From positions 59,396,001-59,460,000 of the forward strand of contig NC_042999.1 of the NCBI RefSeq assembly GCF_006345805.1: 64,000 nucleotides of DNA, in the 5' to 3' direction. This DNA is from Octopus sinensis (Eukaryota). A program made the translations under genes and the position numbers. Position 1 is the stretch's first letter. Each line of letters starts with the position of its first letter. The notes beneath the pieces were generated by a model. That model was not told where the DNA came from, made no database searches, and saw only the letters and a list, made by a program, of their open reading frames with translations. Positions 1 through 13,208 of this stretch are shown piece by piece.

Positions 1-82
1 GCGCCAGCGCCGTAAATTTCCTAATATCAGAGTTTCTAACAATGTTTATCTCTCACTATTAGATATTGCACAGTCAATTATC

Positions 83-132
<50 letters not shown>

Positions 133-601
133 CATGTGCATGTGTATTTGTAGGCACACATATACACACACATACGCGCACACACACATACACACATTCA
201 CATAATAATGTTTCTATTTATCAGATCTGTGATTGTGTGCCATTTTGAAAATCATATATATTTTTGAACAGGGATTTAGCAGCGCCATCTCTAGCCGAGC
301 AGTTATTCTGTGCAGAGGAAGCGAAATAACACAGAAACCAGGGTCTACATATATTGCTTTGTGCTGAGTGGAAATGCTAAATTCCTCCTTTTCAAAAATA
401 TAAGGATACAGATTGTGAGTCGTATAGCCAGCCGGAGTCGATGATTCCCGGGGTTAAATATCAGTAACATTCATCCCAACCAGGACTTCCACTTATGCTT
501 GCATATAATCTTTACTTTAGAGTACTGTTCTTGAATGCCTCTCGTTGAGAGATTTAGAAATACTAATATTTACTACATACATACATACATACATACATAC
601 A

Positions 602-637
<36 letters not shown>

Positions 638-644
638 TATATAT

Positions 645-892
645 AGGCGCATTCGGGGCTGTGTGGTAAGTAGATTACTTCCCAATCACATGTTTCCAGT
701 TGTCACCTGTTCATGTCCCCCCCCCATAGCATGACAACCGATGTTGGTATGTTTACATACCCGATAGAATAAAGACTATGCTTACAAAGAATAAGCCCTG
801 GGGTCGATTTTTTCAACTAAAATCCCTTAAGGTAGTGCTCCAGCATGACCGGAGTAAAATGACTGAAACAAGTACAAGAATAAAAGAAAAGA
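645..892 (+). mobile_element. tRNA-derived SINE, family A, internally deleted copy
   Basis: Head ggctgtgtggtaagtag and 3' part gacaaccgatg...gtgctccagcatg...aatgactgaaacaagt match the copies at 907-1320 and 48031-48432. Confidence 0.8.
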
Positions 893-906
893 ATATGTAT
901 ATATAT

Positions 907-1320
907 AGGCGTAGGAGTGGCTGTGTGGTAAGTAGCTTGCTTACGAACTATATGTTTCTGGGTTCAGTCCCACTGCGTGGAATCTTGAGCAGGTGCCTTC
1001 TACTATAGCCTCGGGCCAGCCAAAGTCTTGTGAGTGGATTTGATAGACGGAAACTGAAAGAAGCCCATTTTATATATGTATAAGTATATATATATGAATG
1101 CGTGTGTATATGTTTGTGTAACTGTGTTTGTCCCCTTAACATGGCTTGACAACCGATGCTGGTGTGTTTACGTTCCCGTAACCTAGCGGTTCGGCAAAAG
1201 ACTCCGATAGAATAAGTACTAGGCTTACAAAGAATAAGTTCCGGGGTTGATATGCTCGACTAAAGGCGGTGCTCCAGCATGGCCACACTCAAATGACTGA
1301 AACAAGTAAAAGAGTAAAAT
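907..1320 (+). mobile_element. tRNA-derived SINE, family A, full-length
   Basis: tRNA-like head (tggctgtgtggtaag; ggttcagtccc), body gaaactgaaagaagccc, internal TA/TG microsatellite, tail ggcggtgctccagcatggcc...gactgaaacaagtaaaagagtaaaa. About ten related copies occur in the window. Probably one of the described octopus tRNA-SINEs; exact family not assignable by eye. Confidence 0.9.
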
Positions 1321-2009
1321 CGTAGGTTTATAAATATATTATTTTATGTATATGTGTATGTGTGTGTGTGAGTGTGTGTTCCAATTCTTCCAATACTAAT
1401 GTATTCTTATCCTCGCCAGCTCTACAATCGTATCACATGTATTAATACCTAAACAATGTCTGTCTCTATTTATGAAGCAACGACATTGAGATTTATACGA
1501 TAGCATATATACCAGCGTTTTTTTTTCCTTTTTCGTTTTTGCAAAATTAATCCCCATAAAGTCTCTTTAAATATCCAATTTCAGTTTGATCGTTTTATTG
1601 CACTTAATGTTACTGCTCTGAGTTATATAGTACGTCAGAAAAAAAAATCGAGTTTGCAAATCGCTCGAGGAACATTCCACTAACTATTTTTGTCTCAATG
1701 GGAAAGACATAAAGTTTAAAATAATATGGCACATAATTTAAAATTTCAAGACATAAATTCCGCATTATAAACACAGAAAATTTATTTTTATTTTTATCGC
1801 GGTTAGCTGAAACATAGTAAGCCTAGTTTAACGAACTTCCAGCTGTGATTATACAGGATTTCTATTTAATTATAACTATGTTTCCTAGTGCACCATTCTA
1901 TATTCAATGAGACAATGTGTGTCTTTCGAAGGAAGTGTTGCTGCTATTTGCAGCAGGATAGACTACTACATAAAAACCATTCTATAGTCTCGTATGCATG
2001 TATGTATAA

Positions 2010-2054
<45 letters not shown>

Positions 2055-2075
2055 TATATAATATATATATACACA

Positions 2076-2226
2076 TATATAATAACAATTATTCCTAACT
2101 TACAGGAAAAATTCAATTTAGAAATAACTAAATCAAATTTCACAAATATATATATATAATAACAATTATTCCTAACTTACAGGGAAAAATTCAATTTAGA
2201 AATACTAAATCAAATTTCACAAAATA
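2076..2226. repeat. Two-copy tandem repeat, ~77-bp unit
   Basis: tatataataacaattattcctaacttacagg...aaatcaaatttcacaaa starts at 2076 and again at 2153. Confidence 0.85.
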
Positions 2227-2490
2227 TAATATATACATATAAATTAGAAAAGAACACCTTTTATCAATTCAAAATAAACAATTAAGTAAATACTAGAAAA
2301 ATTACATATAATAAAAATCTTAAATACTTAATAAATTAACAATAATATACCGATGATTAGTCAATTCAAAAATAATATAAAGACTAATATCTAGATGTAT
2401 ATAATATTTATTAAATCGTAAAACTAAAATAACAATAATATACCGATTATGTAAATTGCAAAATAATAATAAAGAGTATATATTGGTATG

Positions 2491-2568
<78 letters not shown>

Positions 2569-2649
2569 ATATTATATATATATATATAGGTTATATAATA
2601 TATATATAATATATATATAATATATATATATATGTATATATACATATAT

Positions 2650-2814
2650 CGCCATGATAGATCGGTAGCCACTACACACATTTTTTTCTCTCCTTGTTTT
2701 TTCTGTCCCTTTCTGTAGAAGAGCGTAGGCTCGAAACGTAAACGACTTTTTCAATTTGTTTGTTTTGTACACCGCCTGTCATCGTCTTTTGTTTTTTTTT
2801 CGTGAACTCATCCC

Positions 2815-2817
<3 letters not shown>
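2650..2817 (+). mobile_element. Short microsatellite-embedded repeat with hammerhead-like motif (probable PLE terminal fragment)
   Basis: ctttctgtagaagagcgtaggctcgaaacgta...ttttgtacaccgcctgtc is shared with 52224-52380. Both copies lie in TA/CA arrays. Confidence 0.6.
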
Positions 2818-2908
<91 letters not shown>

Positions 2909-3105
2909 AGTAGTTGAATGAATTATCTTATTAAGGATAATTCGAAAGATAACCGATACCTGGGTAGCAAATTCACATCAGAAAGAACACGGTTGAAGCT
3001 ACGTCCCTAGGCCATAGACTACGTGTCTTCGTGCGGAAATTTGTATGTTTATTTTAAAATTATAAGTATATGAAAGAATGGAGTTGAACGACTAGTTAAC
3101 AAATA

Positions 3106-3202
3106 TCCTTCATTCTCGACATATGTTTCGAAGGCTGCATATTCCTAATTCCGAAGGAATAAGGAGTACATTATGCAGATTTCTCATCAGGAAAATCAAG
3201 GA
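3106..3202 (-). ncRNA. Type I hammerhead ribozyme motif (minus strand)
   Basis: Minus strand reads tccttgattttc-CTGATGA-gaaatctgcata...tatgcagccttc-GAAAC-atat-GTC-gagaatgaagga. Core is complete and stems I and II pair. Confidence 0.8.
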
Positions 3203-3402
3203 ACTTGTGTCGACATCAAAATGCACAAAAAACCTTTAGCTGGCCGCTCTCAAGGAGCCCATGGCGATAATGAGTGTCTCTTTATAAGGAGTGACGTCAG
3301 AGTGGCTGAAAGTAGAAGAATCTAGAAGGTTCTAAAGGTTCAAGGGTTCAGCTAAGAGCGATCAGCTAAAAGCTTTTTGTGCATTTTGATGTCGACATAA
3401 GT

Positions 3403-3499
3403 TCCTTGATTTTCCTGATGAGAAATTTGCATAATGTACTCCTTATTCCTTCGGAATTAGGAATATGCAGCCTTCGAAACATATGTCGAGAATAAAGGA
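3403..3499 (+). ncRNA. Type I hammerhead ribozyme motif (plus strand)
   Basis: CTGATGA at 3415-3421, GAAAC at 3476-3480, GTC cleavage triplet at 3485-3487. Stem I tccttgattttc/gagaataaagga pairs at 11 of 12 positions including one G-U. Stem II gaa/ttc plus tgcata/tatgca. Palindromic stem III ACATATGT. Confidence 0.85.
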
Positions 3500-4017
3500 T
3501 ATTTGTTAACTAGTCGTTCAACTCCATTCTTTCATATACTTATACTTTTAAAATATATATATATGTATATATATATATTTAGTGCAAGTTTGATTAAGTG
3601 CCACACTCATATACAGACGTGCTAAACACTTTTCTCTATTTTGGACCATAATCTATTCTTGGCTACACTCACGCATTGGATTTACTGGCTTGATATAGAG
3701 ATTTCCTTACCCTTTCAGAATTTCGAACTTCGTTGTGGCTCCAATTCAAATGTGTAGGACTCGATCTTAGATTGAGTACTACATTGGAATTACTGAGACT
3801 TTCTTCCTCTCAGGACTTTAATATATATGCATATATATGTGTGTATGTATGTGTGTTTCTTTGTGTTTATATGTTTGTGTGTATGTATGTGTGTGAGTGT
3901 GAATGTCTGTATGCATGTAGATATACATGTTTTGTCAGATACATGTCTACATTCATATCTTTCTGTCCTTATGTGTTTGTATGTACGTATGTATGTCTCT
4001 ATCTATCTATCTATCTA

Positions 4018-4052
<35 letters not shown>

Positions 4053-4755
4053 GTACAGATATATACATACGTACATACATGTACATACATATATATTTAT
4101 ATATATATCCACAGTTGGCTTAAACAAAAGATAGGAATAAACCATAAACCATTAAACGAGAAATGAAGTTTCTCTTTGAATTCCAGTCAGCAGTCTTGGC
4201 ATTCATCTTAAATTGGAACACCAGGTAATCCAATAAAGTTTCATGTTTCGATGCATGATAAGCAAAATTTGTTGAAATTGTTTATCCCACATTTGGTAAA
4301 CTTAAACCTATTCAACGAAGATAATTATCTCATTAATTAAATCTAGCAATCAATAATCAGCCTTTAAATGCTCCTGTCTGCTGAAAGCGAAATGATGCAC
4401 AACATGTGTTCGATTTTGAACTTACTCAGCATAATGAAATCAATGAACAAATCGAATGTATAAGAGAATGTGTTAGAAAAGCGTACATTTGTATAGTGGT
4501 GCGCATGCGTATGATGTGTAAGAGTACGAACATACATATACACATTCACACACAAACATATATATACTACTAGCATAGCCTTGTTTATTATATATATATA
4601 TATATATATGTATATACAAGTAAATATATACATACATGTATACACATATACATGCACATACAATATATATACATATATATATATACCTATATATATATAT
4701 ATGCAATTAATGTATCTAGTATCAAGATTTATATGTATGAACATGTATATGTGTT

Positions 4756-4786
<31 letters not shown>

Positions 4787-5007
4787 ATACAAATGATAAA
4801 ATTAATTTTACAAAAGTATATAAAGTATGTGCAAACAATCAGCAGAGTATATAATGTACTCAATACTACAAATAGAGTAAAGTTAAAACAAATAAATTGA
4901 TTTTATAATATATGTAATATGCCTATGTGTCCTTTTGTCTATGCCATGCAACATCTCTCTCTCTTTCTCTGTATGTATATATAATATATATACGTATATA
5001 TATATAT

Positions 5008-5051
<44 letters not shown>

Positions 5052-5086
5052 TATGTATATATAATATATGATTACATATATATATG

Positions 5087-5159
<73 letters not shown>

Positions 5160-5814
5160 TATATATGTATGTACTCACACAAACACACACTCACATATAT
5201 CGATAGCTGATTGGATAGTCATATCTGAATACATATTTAATAATGGGTTGATAATACTTATGTACGCCAACGCTTGTATGTGTCTCTAAGAACATGTGTG
5301 TTTGTATGTGTGTATGTCTGTGTGTGCTTATGTATATTTGTGTATGTGTTTGTATGTATGTGTTCATTTGTTTTGAATTTGTAAAAGCATTATTATTATT
5401 CTAGAATATACTATTATAGCGCAGATTCAATTATTAGAATTTCAGTGCAATACAGAAACAAATACAGGTCTAATTGTGTGTAAGCACTAATACGAAGAAT
5501 AGGAGCGTTATGAAAGTGAAAGTAACACATGGAGATGAACGTGTTAGGGGTATGAATGAGCGAGAGGGAGAGAGAAAGGGAGGGTGGCAGAAAGAAAGTG
5601 AGGTTAAGTATGCGTGTATATAGGTGTGGTATATGGGTGTATGTGTGCATGTAACAAACAATGAAAAAACAAAGAAACCCATATTGAAAACGTACCGATA
5701 TATAGACAAATATTTTGAGAGAAAGTGTTCAACGGATAATTGGATTACAGAGAAATATACCGAACAATATATACCTAAATTGTTATAGAGATAAATAGAT
5801 ATTTAAACAGAGAG

Positions 5815-5856
<42 letters not shown>

Positions 5857-6300
5857 TGTGAGAGTGAAAGAGAAGGAGATTGTGGTTAAGGAAATAGCAA
5901 AGCGAGAGGGAATTTTCTATGTAAGATGGGAGAGAAAGAGTGAAGCGGAGAGAGGAAACAATAGATGCGATGGTAAAGTTGCCCTACAGAGAAGACAATG
6001 GCTGATTAATTGCTTGCTTTCATTAGTCTCAAATATACACTAAATATATATATATATATGTGATCAGATGTCATCATCTGAATATAAAAATCGATTGCGC
6101 GAACAATCTAGTCCTCGCTTTCCCCATATTGTTTCTCTGTGTTACTCTGGTGTGTTTCTTTGTTATAAACTCTCCTCTTTTCTTTTCCTTCTCATCATCA
6201 TTATCTTTCTTCTCTTTAAATCTCGTCCTACGATTTCTTCCTCCTGCTTGCTACAACTATTTCCAACTTTTTTTTTTGTTTTCTCTCTTTTTTCTTTCCT

Positions 6301-6344
<44 letters not shown>

Positions 6345-6375
6345 TTTTCTTTTGTCTTTTATGTTGTCTACGTTT

Positions 6376-6746
6376 AACATCATCATCGTCGTCGTCGTCG
6401 TCGTTGCCGTGGTCGCCGTCGTCACCAACGTTTTTAGTTTCGTGAACGTGAATGATTTTGATAATGACGATGATCCACAATATAATCACCACCACCACTA
6501 CCACCACCACCACCACAACCTTCGCCACCATCATCATCATCATCATCACCACCCACCACCACCACCACCACCACCACCACCACCACCACAACCACTACAA
6601 CCACCACCATCATCATCATCATCATCATCACATCATCATCATCATCATCGTCGTCATCATCATCATCCTCACCACCACCATCATCATCATCATCATCATA
6701 ATCACAACCACCACCACCATCATCATCATCATCATTATCATCATCA

Positions 6747-6786
<40 letters not shown>

Positions 6787-7148
6787 GTCATCATCATCAT
6801 CATCATCCTCACCACTACCACCATCATCATCAACATCATCATAATCACAACCACCACCACCATCATCATCATCATCGTCATCATCATCATCATCATCATC
6901 ATCGTCGTCGTCGTCATCATGATCATTATCATCATCATCACCATCATCATGATCATGATCATCATCATGATCATCATCATAATCACAACCACCACCACCA
7001 CCACTATCATCATCATCATCATCGTTATCATTCTCCCCATCACCATCATCGTCATGATAATCACCAGTGCCACCACCACGACCACCATCACCACAACCAC
7101 CATCATAATCATCGTCGTCATCGTCGTCGTCGCCATCACCATCGTCAT
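6376..7148. repeat. Compound (CAT)n/(CAC)n/(CGT)n trinucleotide array with ~140-bp higher-order period
   Basis: Direct reading. The marker ataatcacaaccacc recurs at 6698, 6841 and 6979. Confidence 0.95.
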
Positions 7149-7676
7149 ACGAAACTTCTTCATACAAATTACTTTCTCTCAAGGGAGTCATGTTATTTAT
7201 TGTCATCTTTTAAGAAAACGGGAAGCTGAAGACAGCATACCTTTCTCAAGACTTACTAGAGACTTTTTTTACTCGAGAACAATTGCCTTTACATAAAGTC
7301 ACATACGACTTCTTAAAATCTGACTGTTTATGACTTTTTAATATCTTACCATGCAAACACAAATGGTGAAAATTCGGCACAATATTGCGATTACGACCAT
7401 ACTTTGTTTATGAGCGGCAAAACGAAGTCATTTTAATCCTGCTGATGACCTGAAGCTTCTGTTAGGGCTATCGTATACAAATCTCTTCCTAAATAAATTC
7501 AGTGCAGAAAGATAATATTCGACAGTGTGTACTGTACAGACATTTCAGATGTATGTCTTTTCAACACAGCAACATAAAGATATTTATTGCATAGGGGGCA
7601 TAATTGTCAGCTAACATTGATTCATCTAACTTCGAGTGAATAGCAAGTCTTGCCTTAAAAAAAAAATATATATATA

Positions 7677-8238
7677 TTGGGTTGTCCGGAAAGTTCGTGC
7701 CGATTTATAGCAGCTTACCATTTCGACTTATTTTAGAACATGTTTGAGTCCATAAAATAGGATTTGACTACACCTCCATTTAGAGCACAGTTTAAGCTAT
7801 CTTTTCGTGGAAGAAGGTTTATGTTCCTATAACCTGTTTTAATTCTGTTACCCTTTAAAAAGAAAGATAAGAAAGTTCATTTTCGGCACTTGATGCTTTG
7901 GGAACCAGACAAAAATTGCTGCAGCTCGACTGGGATGTGTTACCCCCAACCTCCATATTCACCATTGCTCCTTCGGATTTCCGCTTATTCAGGTCTCTGC
8001 AGAATAGTCTTAAGAGTAAAACTTTCAATTCCTTGGATGACGTAAAAAGATACCTTGATGAATTCTTTGCCATAGAACCACCTCAATTCTGGGAAGAGGG
8101 TATTTTCGAGTTAAAGGAAAGCTGGAACGCATTGTGCAACAAAATGGTTCATATGTGGCTGATTAAGATGTATTGGCAAGTATTTATTGACCGTTTTCTT
8201 TCCTTTAAAAATCGGCACGAACTTTCAGGACAACCCAA
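7677..8238 (+). mobile_element. Internally deleted mariner (non-autonomous)
   Basis: TIR ttgggttgtccggaaagttcgtgccgattt / aaatcggcacgaactttcaggacaacccaa flanked by TA. Transposase C-terminal remnant APSDFRLFRSLQNSL...FWEEGIFEL (ORF 7898-8287). Confidence 0.9.
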
Positions 8239-8600
8239 TACAACTTTGAGAAATTGTAGATTGATTTATGTTAATCTCACGGACTAGTAATCATTATATC
8301 ATAAGTTCGCCAATGATCTACCGATTCGGGTATTAGCGATCTTAAGTCCATTGATAATGGTTTCTAATCAGATTGCAGGGAGAGTATTTAACTGGTATTA
8401 ATTCATTATCCCACAGATGGATAAAAGAAAAACATCCGCCCTCTCCTGACATGAACTCGGGATATGAAAAAGGTCTATGAAATACTATAAGCTGTCGTTG
8501 CTGCTGTTTATATTGTTATGAATTTAGTTTAACACCAGGACAGTTACTGTTCCAGCAAACATGCATCCAAAATCTCCTTTAGAAGAAAGAAGAAAGCAAA

Positions 8601-8645
8601 GGACCACTGATGAGGTCACAGGAGTGTGACGAAAGAACTCTGGCC
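8601..8645 (+). ncRNA. Minimal type I hammerhead ribozyme motif
   Basis: ggacca-CTGATGA-g-gtcaca(ggag)tgtgac-GAAA-gaaCTC-tggcc: 6-bp stem II, stem I ggacca/tggcc, stem III one change away from the palindrome AGATCT. Confidence 0.65.
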
Positions 8646-8758
8646 GAAATAAGATTAAGATTAATGTAAAAAAATAAATAACGCTGAAGCAAAGTAACAC
8701 CAAATATATAGTGCGTGTGTATCTATTGGCTAAACTGGCAAAATGACCATTCCTAAAT

Positions 8759-8795
<37 letters not shown>

Positions 8796-9355
8796 GCATA
8801 TGTATATAATTATATTAAGGGATCAAGGGCAGAAACGACCTATCTCCAGCATGCTTGAAATAACAAGACCTTCGAAAAACTACCAAAACCTTCGGAATAG
8901 CTTTTACAGCTTGGCTATTCTTCTCATATAGCACGTGGCTGTCGTGGTGGGATTTAAAATTGACTTATCTAGGATCTATACGCGCAAATATTTGTATATA
9001 GACGTGTGAACCTGCTTGGTATGGTATGTACAATTATTTGTATTTATATTTTTCGTGCATTGTGTTGGCGAAGGAAAAATGCCTCTTTATGGTTTTAATC
9101 CAGAAATTGGAAATAATTCACAATTAACGTGAGGTCGATTTAATATTCTTTCACTAGCCCACTTTCAACCCTGTGTATATTTATCTGGATTTTTTGGTAG
9201 TATTTTTTAAGGTCTCGGCACTTCAACCATACTGGAGGTTGGCCGTTTTCACCGTTGCTCCCTTAATATAATTCTATACATATGTATATCATTATTAATT
9301 TAATGCATAAACTGCCTATAAAGTTTTATCCTTGTATTCTATTATGAATTAAATA

Positions 9356-9398
<43 letters not shown>

Positions 9399-9446
9399 AT
9401 ATATAATATATTATATATATATATATATATAATATATTATATATAT

Positions 9447-9521
<75 letters not shown>

Positions 9522-9547
9522 TTTTCTATTTGGTTTGGTTTGCAAGA

Positions 9548-9722
9548 TTCTTTATGTGATTTCACGTGTTGAAGCATGCTTTATTGTGTCTGGAGAGAGT
9601 CATTCTGTTTTAATGCACTATTAATTAACACACTCATTGGTTTGATTTCCACTCATTTACTAATTTATTTTTTCTAAAACTTTCGTTGCTTCCTGTAGCT
9701 TCTTCAATTGTCGTTGATTCTC
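9548..9722 (+). repeat. Single-arm copy of the repeat that forms the 58418-58722 fold-back
   Basis: gcaagattctttatgtg...ttgtgtctggagagagtcatt...aaaactttcgttgc aligns by eye to the reverse complement of 58556-58722. Confidence 0.65.
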
Positions 9723-9884
9723 TCTCACTTTCTTTCTCTTTCTCTTTCTTTCTCTCTCTCTCTTTCTCACTCTCTTCTGCGTGCTATCTCTATGTTTTTA
9801 TCTATCAATCTATCTATCTATATATGTATGTATATATATATTCACGCGTACGTATATATATAAATTTATTGAGAAACCAATGGT

Positions 9885-9990
9885 CAACCCTAGCCGTAGG
9901 CTATAGCAGATTACAATTATCCAAGGTGCTACGCCGTGGGACCGAACTCTCAACACCACATTGTTACAAAGCAAACTTGTGAACCACAAT
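9885..9990 (-). mobile_element. SINE family A, 5' fragment
   Basis: ggctatagcagattacaattatccaaggtgctacgccgtgggaccgaac is the degenerate reverse complement of the family A head. Confidence 0.6.
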
Positions 9991-11049
9991 ATCTACGTCG
10001 CAAGGCACGCAGACACGTACACAAACACGCACACGAGCCCGCATACATACATCTCTCTCCATCTCTCTCTTTCTTTGCATATGTATGTTAGTGTGAGAGT
10101 GTTTGTGTATGTGTTTGTATGTGTGTGTTTGTATGTGTGTGTGTGTGTTTGTGTGTTGTGTGTGCATGTGCTACTTGGTCACGGACACAACCAATTTGAA
10201 ATTGACTTAACAAAGTTGCAATTTATCTTAGTTACGACTTTCCTGAAATCTGCGTCAAAATTTGCATACATTTTCTCAGCTGCCCGAAAGAAGTTAATGG
10301 GCTATAATTCACGAAAATTTTAAACATCATTGCCATAAAATTGATCTAGTTTACGTACCGGTGCAATGTTGGCTACGCTCATTAACGTTTTAAATCAACG
10401 ATATAACGTGTTTCAGATTAAAATTATAAACAGATTTATTTTGCCGGTGGCTAGATTTGCACTGCGGTTTTATAGGATATTATTAATAATTCTCATAATG
10501 TAATGCTCTGTACTTTCTCTCAGCATCTAGAAGCGGGAAAGTGATTTCCGATGAGGATATAACGGAAATAGAAAACAGTTGACACGATTTTCTAGTTACT
10601 GACATCAACGTAATTTGACCAGCGCTAGTATTTTCAAATCGGAGGGCCGTTGGTGAATTTTGATCCAATGTCCAACTCAGTGAAACTGCAGGCGCAATAC
10701 TTCGCTTCATTTTCAAGTTTAATGAACGCTGCATGACAAATGGGCATTTTAGTGGATAGGAGGGCAATAGAAAAGCTCGTTCCGATATTCCTTCACCACT
10801 TTCTTATTGACACATCCGATACACGTCATTTCAGTTCTTGCATCTTCTTGGAACGTTGTAGTAACCGAAGCCAGAACCGGATGAATAAGCTAGCCTAATC
10901 AGCTGTGGTTAGGAAGAACCCCAGCAGAACAAGTCTGATTTCAAAATTCGGATACACATACAGACACAAATGAAGAGACAGATAGCTAGATAAATAGATG
11001 TACATGCCCACATACATGATAGCTGTCCACTCACAAGAGAAGTATGATG

Positions 11050-12540
11050 TCAATCATTGACAAGCCATCTTGTTTCTGCTATTTTTTCTCCTTTTACAGT
11101 GACCATAGGCCAGACAGTATCTTTTAAAGCAAGCGACTTGTAGATTATCGCAGATGTGACTTTCATATAATGTGTTGTATTGAACTGCTCGCACTGTATA
11201 GCACGTTGACTGTGTAATTTCGTGTGCCTTTCTCTTCCACATATTTTGCATAATAAGCTATCTGCTAGAAACTGGTTGTGTTCCGCCTAAGGCCCTTTCA
11301 GCATGTTCGCATAGGTGATTTCGGAGGCTAGCTCTAGAGAGGCAAACTAGTCCGTATTCATCACACACAAATAGTGAGATTATTGGACATACAGGTTCTC
11401 TTTTACAGAATACTCATATTATATTTGTCCATTCTAATGAAGTTTCCTGGAATTTCTTAATGCCATTGGTTATTTCTGAGATCAAGATACTTCTGCCTTG
11501 CACTGAAGACTTCCAGTTATTTCAATCTTGCACAGCGTTAGAAAATCATTGTATCTGCAGTACGAGACCACAACTTTTGTTGTGATCCCGTACCAGACGT
11601 CAACTCACCAAAAAGGATTTTGGGGAATTTTATTGTCATTTGGTCCAACGATATGCCCTAAATGCTTAAATGTATTATAAAATTACGAGTGCCTATTCTT
11701 AAATCTTGCAGACATGTATGTGCGCCACCAGTTCACACTTGTCAGCGTATAAAAGATCGCATAGGAAATTCTTGACCTTAGTCTTCGCAGTAAAGTGTTG
11801 CATATCGAATAATTATCAGAGGATCTATATCTTACGAAGATATTTTCGTTGCTGTCTCTGAATGCATCAGTTAACACTTCAGGGAAGATAAAGAAAATAA
11901 TAGGTCCCTTGAAACCACCCTATTTATTACTATTCTTTTGTTTTAATTGACTTACTGATGTATCAACAACGTTTGTCCAGGTTTCTATGTCATCATAAAA
12001 AGTCTTTATAATATCAACAAAGTAATCCGGGAACCCATCTTGATCAAGATCTTTCACAATGCTTCTCTGTTGATCGTGTCAAAAGAATTTGTGAGGTTCA
12101 CAAAAACTTGGAAGAAGATTTGGTGTTATTTGTAGCATTCATCGTTGATCTGACGAGTCATTAAGGTCATGTCAACTGTGCCTCTGAAGGGCCTTAAACC
12201 GCATGGTGATTGTAAGGAAACCAATTTCGTTACATTGTTGTTGAAACTTCATAGGATAATTGAGGACAGTATCTCACCTGCTTAACAAAACTGCTATTTC
12301 TCTCTAATTTCTTGAATTTCTTGTTAACCTTTGTTTATATATATAAGGTTATTATTGCAACCGCATTTAAGTCCTTTAGTACTTCACTGGTCTAGCAGAT
12401 TTCCGATATTAGGTCGTTCATAATTTATACTAATCTGTCACTGCCAGATCGATATATCACTGCAAAAGATCCATTTCGTCAGTCATTTTACCACAGTTGA
12501 GTTTCTTAATGTTCATTTGTACTTCCCGTTCAGGATGTGG
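11050..12540 (-). mobile_element. Highly decayed RTE-clade LINE (RT region)
   Basis: Minus-strand translations across stops and frameshifts: AGEILS; QSPCGLRPFRGTVDM..RQI; VFVNLTNSFDTINREAL*KIL; LTDAFRDSNENIFVRYRS. These resemble RTE/BovB-type RT motifs. Confidence 0.7.
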
Positions 12541-13208
12541 GTCATGCATAAATACACACATGTATGCAAACACATATACATATGTATGATATATATACGT
12601 ATATTTATATTATATTTCTATATTTATTTAAGCTAGCGCATAACGATTATTTCGACATGGCAATTTTCAATCATATATAACTTAAAGCAAACTAAAGAAC
12701 TAAATTAAATGAACAAAATTTATTGAACGTTGTCGAAATTACAAGTCGCCAATACATAAAGCCGAAAATAATAATATCCTAATGGTTCTCCTATCTAGAA
12801 CTGTAAATATGTAGATTAATTAATCAACACGAACCAATAGACATAACGACCTCACAATCTACAACATATATTTCAAACACTAAAAATTAATTAAAACGAA
12901 CCAAACTTAATCTAACAAAATAAGATAACACTTTAACGATCAGACATCAATAGTCTAAAAAAAAGGAAACTAACATTATAATATACCAGTATGGACCAAT
13001 ATCAATTAAATATAAAGCTTGGTAATAGAAAAGTATATTTAAACGGATATTTCTAAACTTAAAAGCGTGCAAATTATGTATGATATATAAAGAAGCTTCC
13101 GAATCCTTCCGGAAATATTCAGTAACATATTAAAAATCATGAAAACATAATTCAAACAATTTAAACCTTAACCAACGAATAACATGTCACTCCGGTAACT
13201 TATATATA

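Larger units (their letters stand above)
3052..3553. mobile_element. Fold-back element with ~190-bp inverted arms, each carrying a hammerhead ribozyme
   Basis: 3052-3242 is the reverse complement of 3363-3553 with only a handful of mismatches; ~120-bp spacer. The arm is homologous to the PLE terminus at 40690-40910. Confidence 0.9.

Noticed and set aside
6068-7296. Poly-His/Pro/Ile/Asp/Met ORFs up to 314 aa
   Set aside because: All frames on both strands are open because of the triplet repeat; no unique coding context or convincing splice sites.
10483-10767. 94-aa minus-strand ORF in unique sequence
   Set aside because: No recognisable motif; alternative frames and splice signals on both strands are equally plausible.
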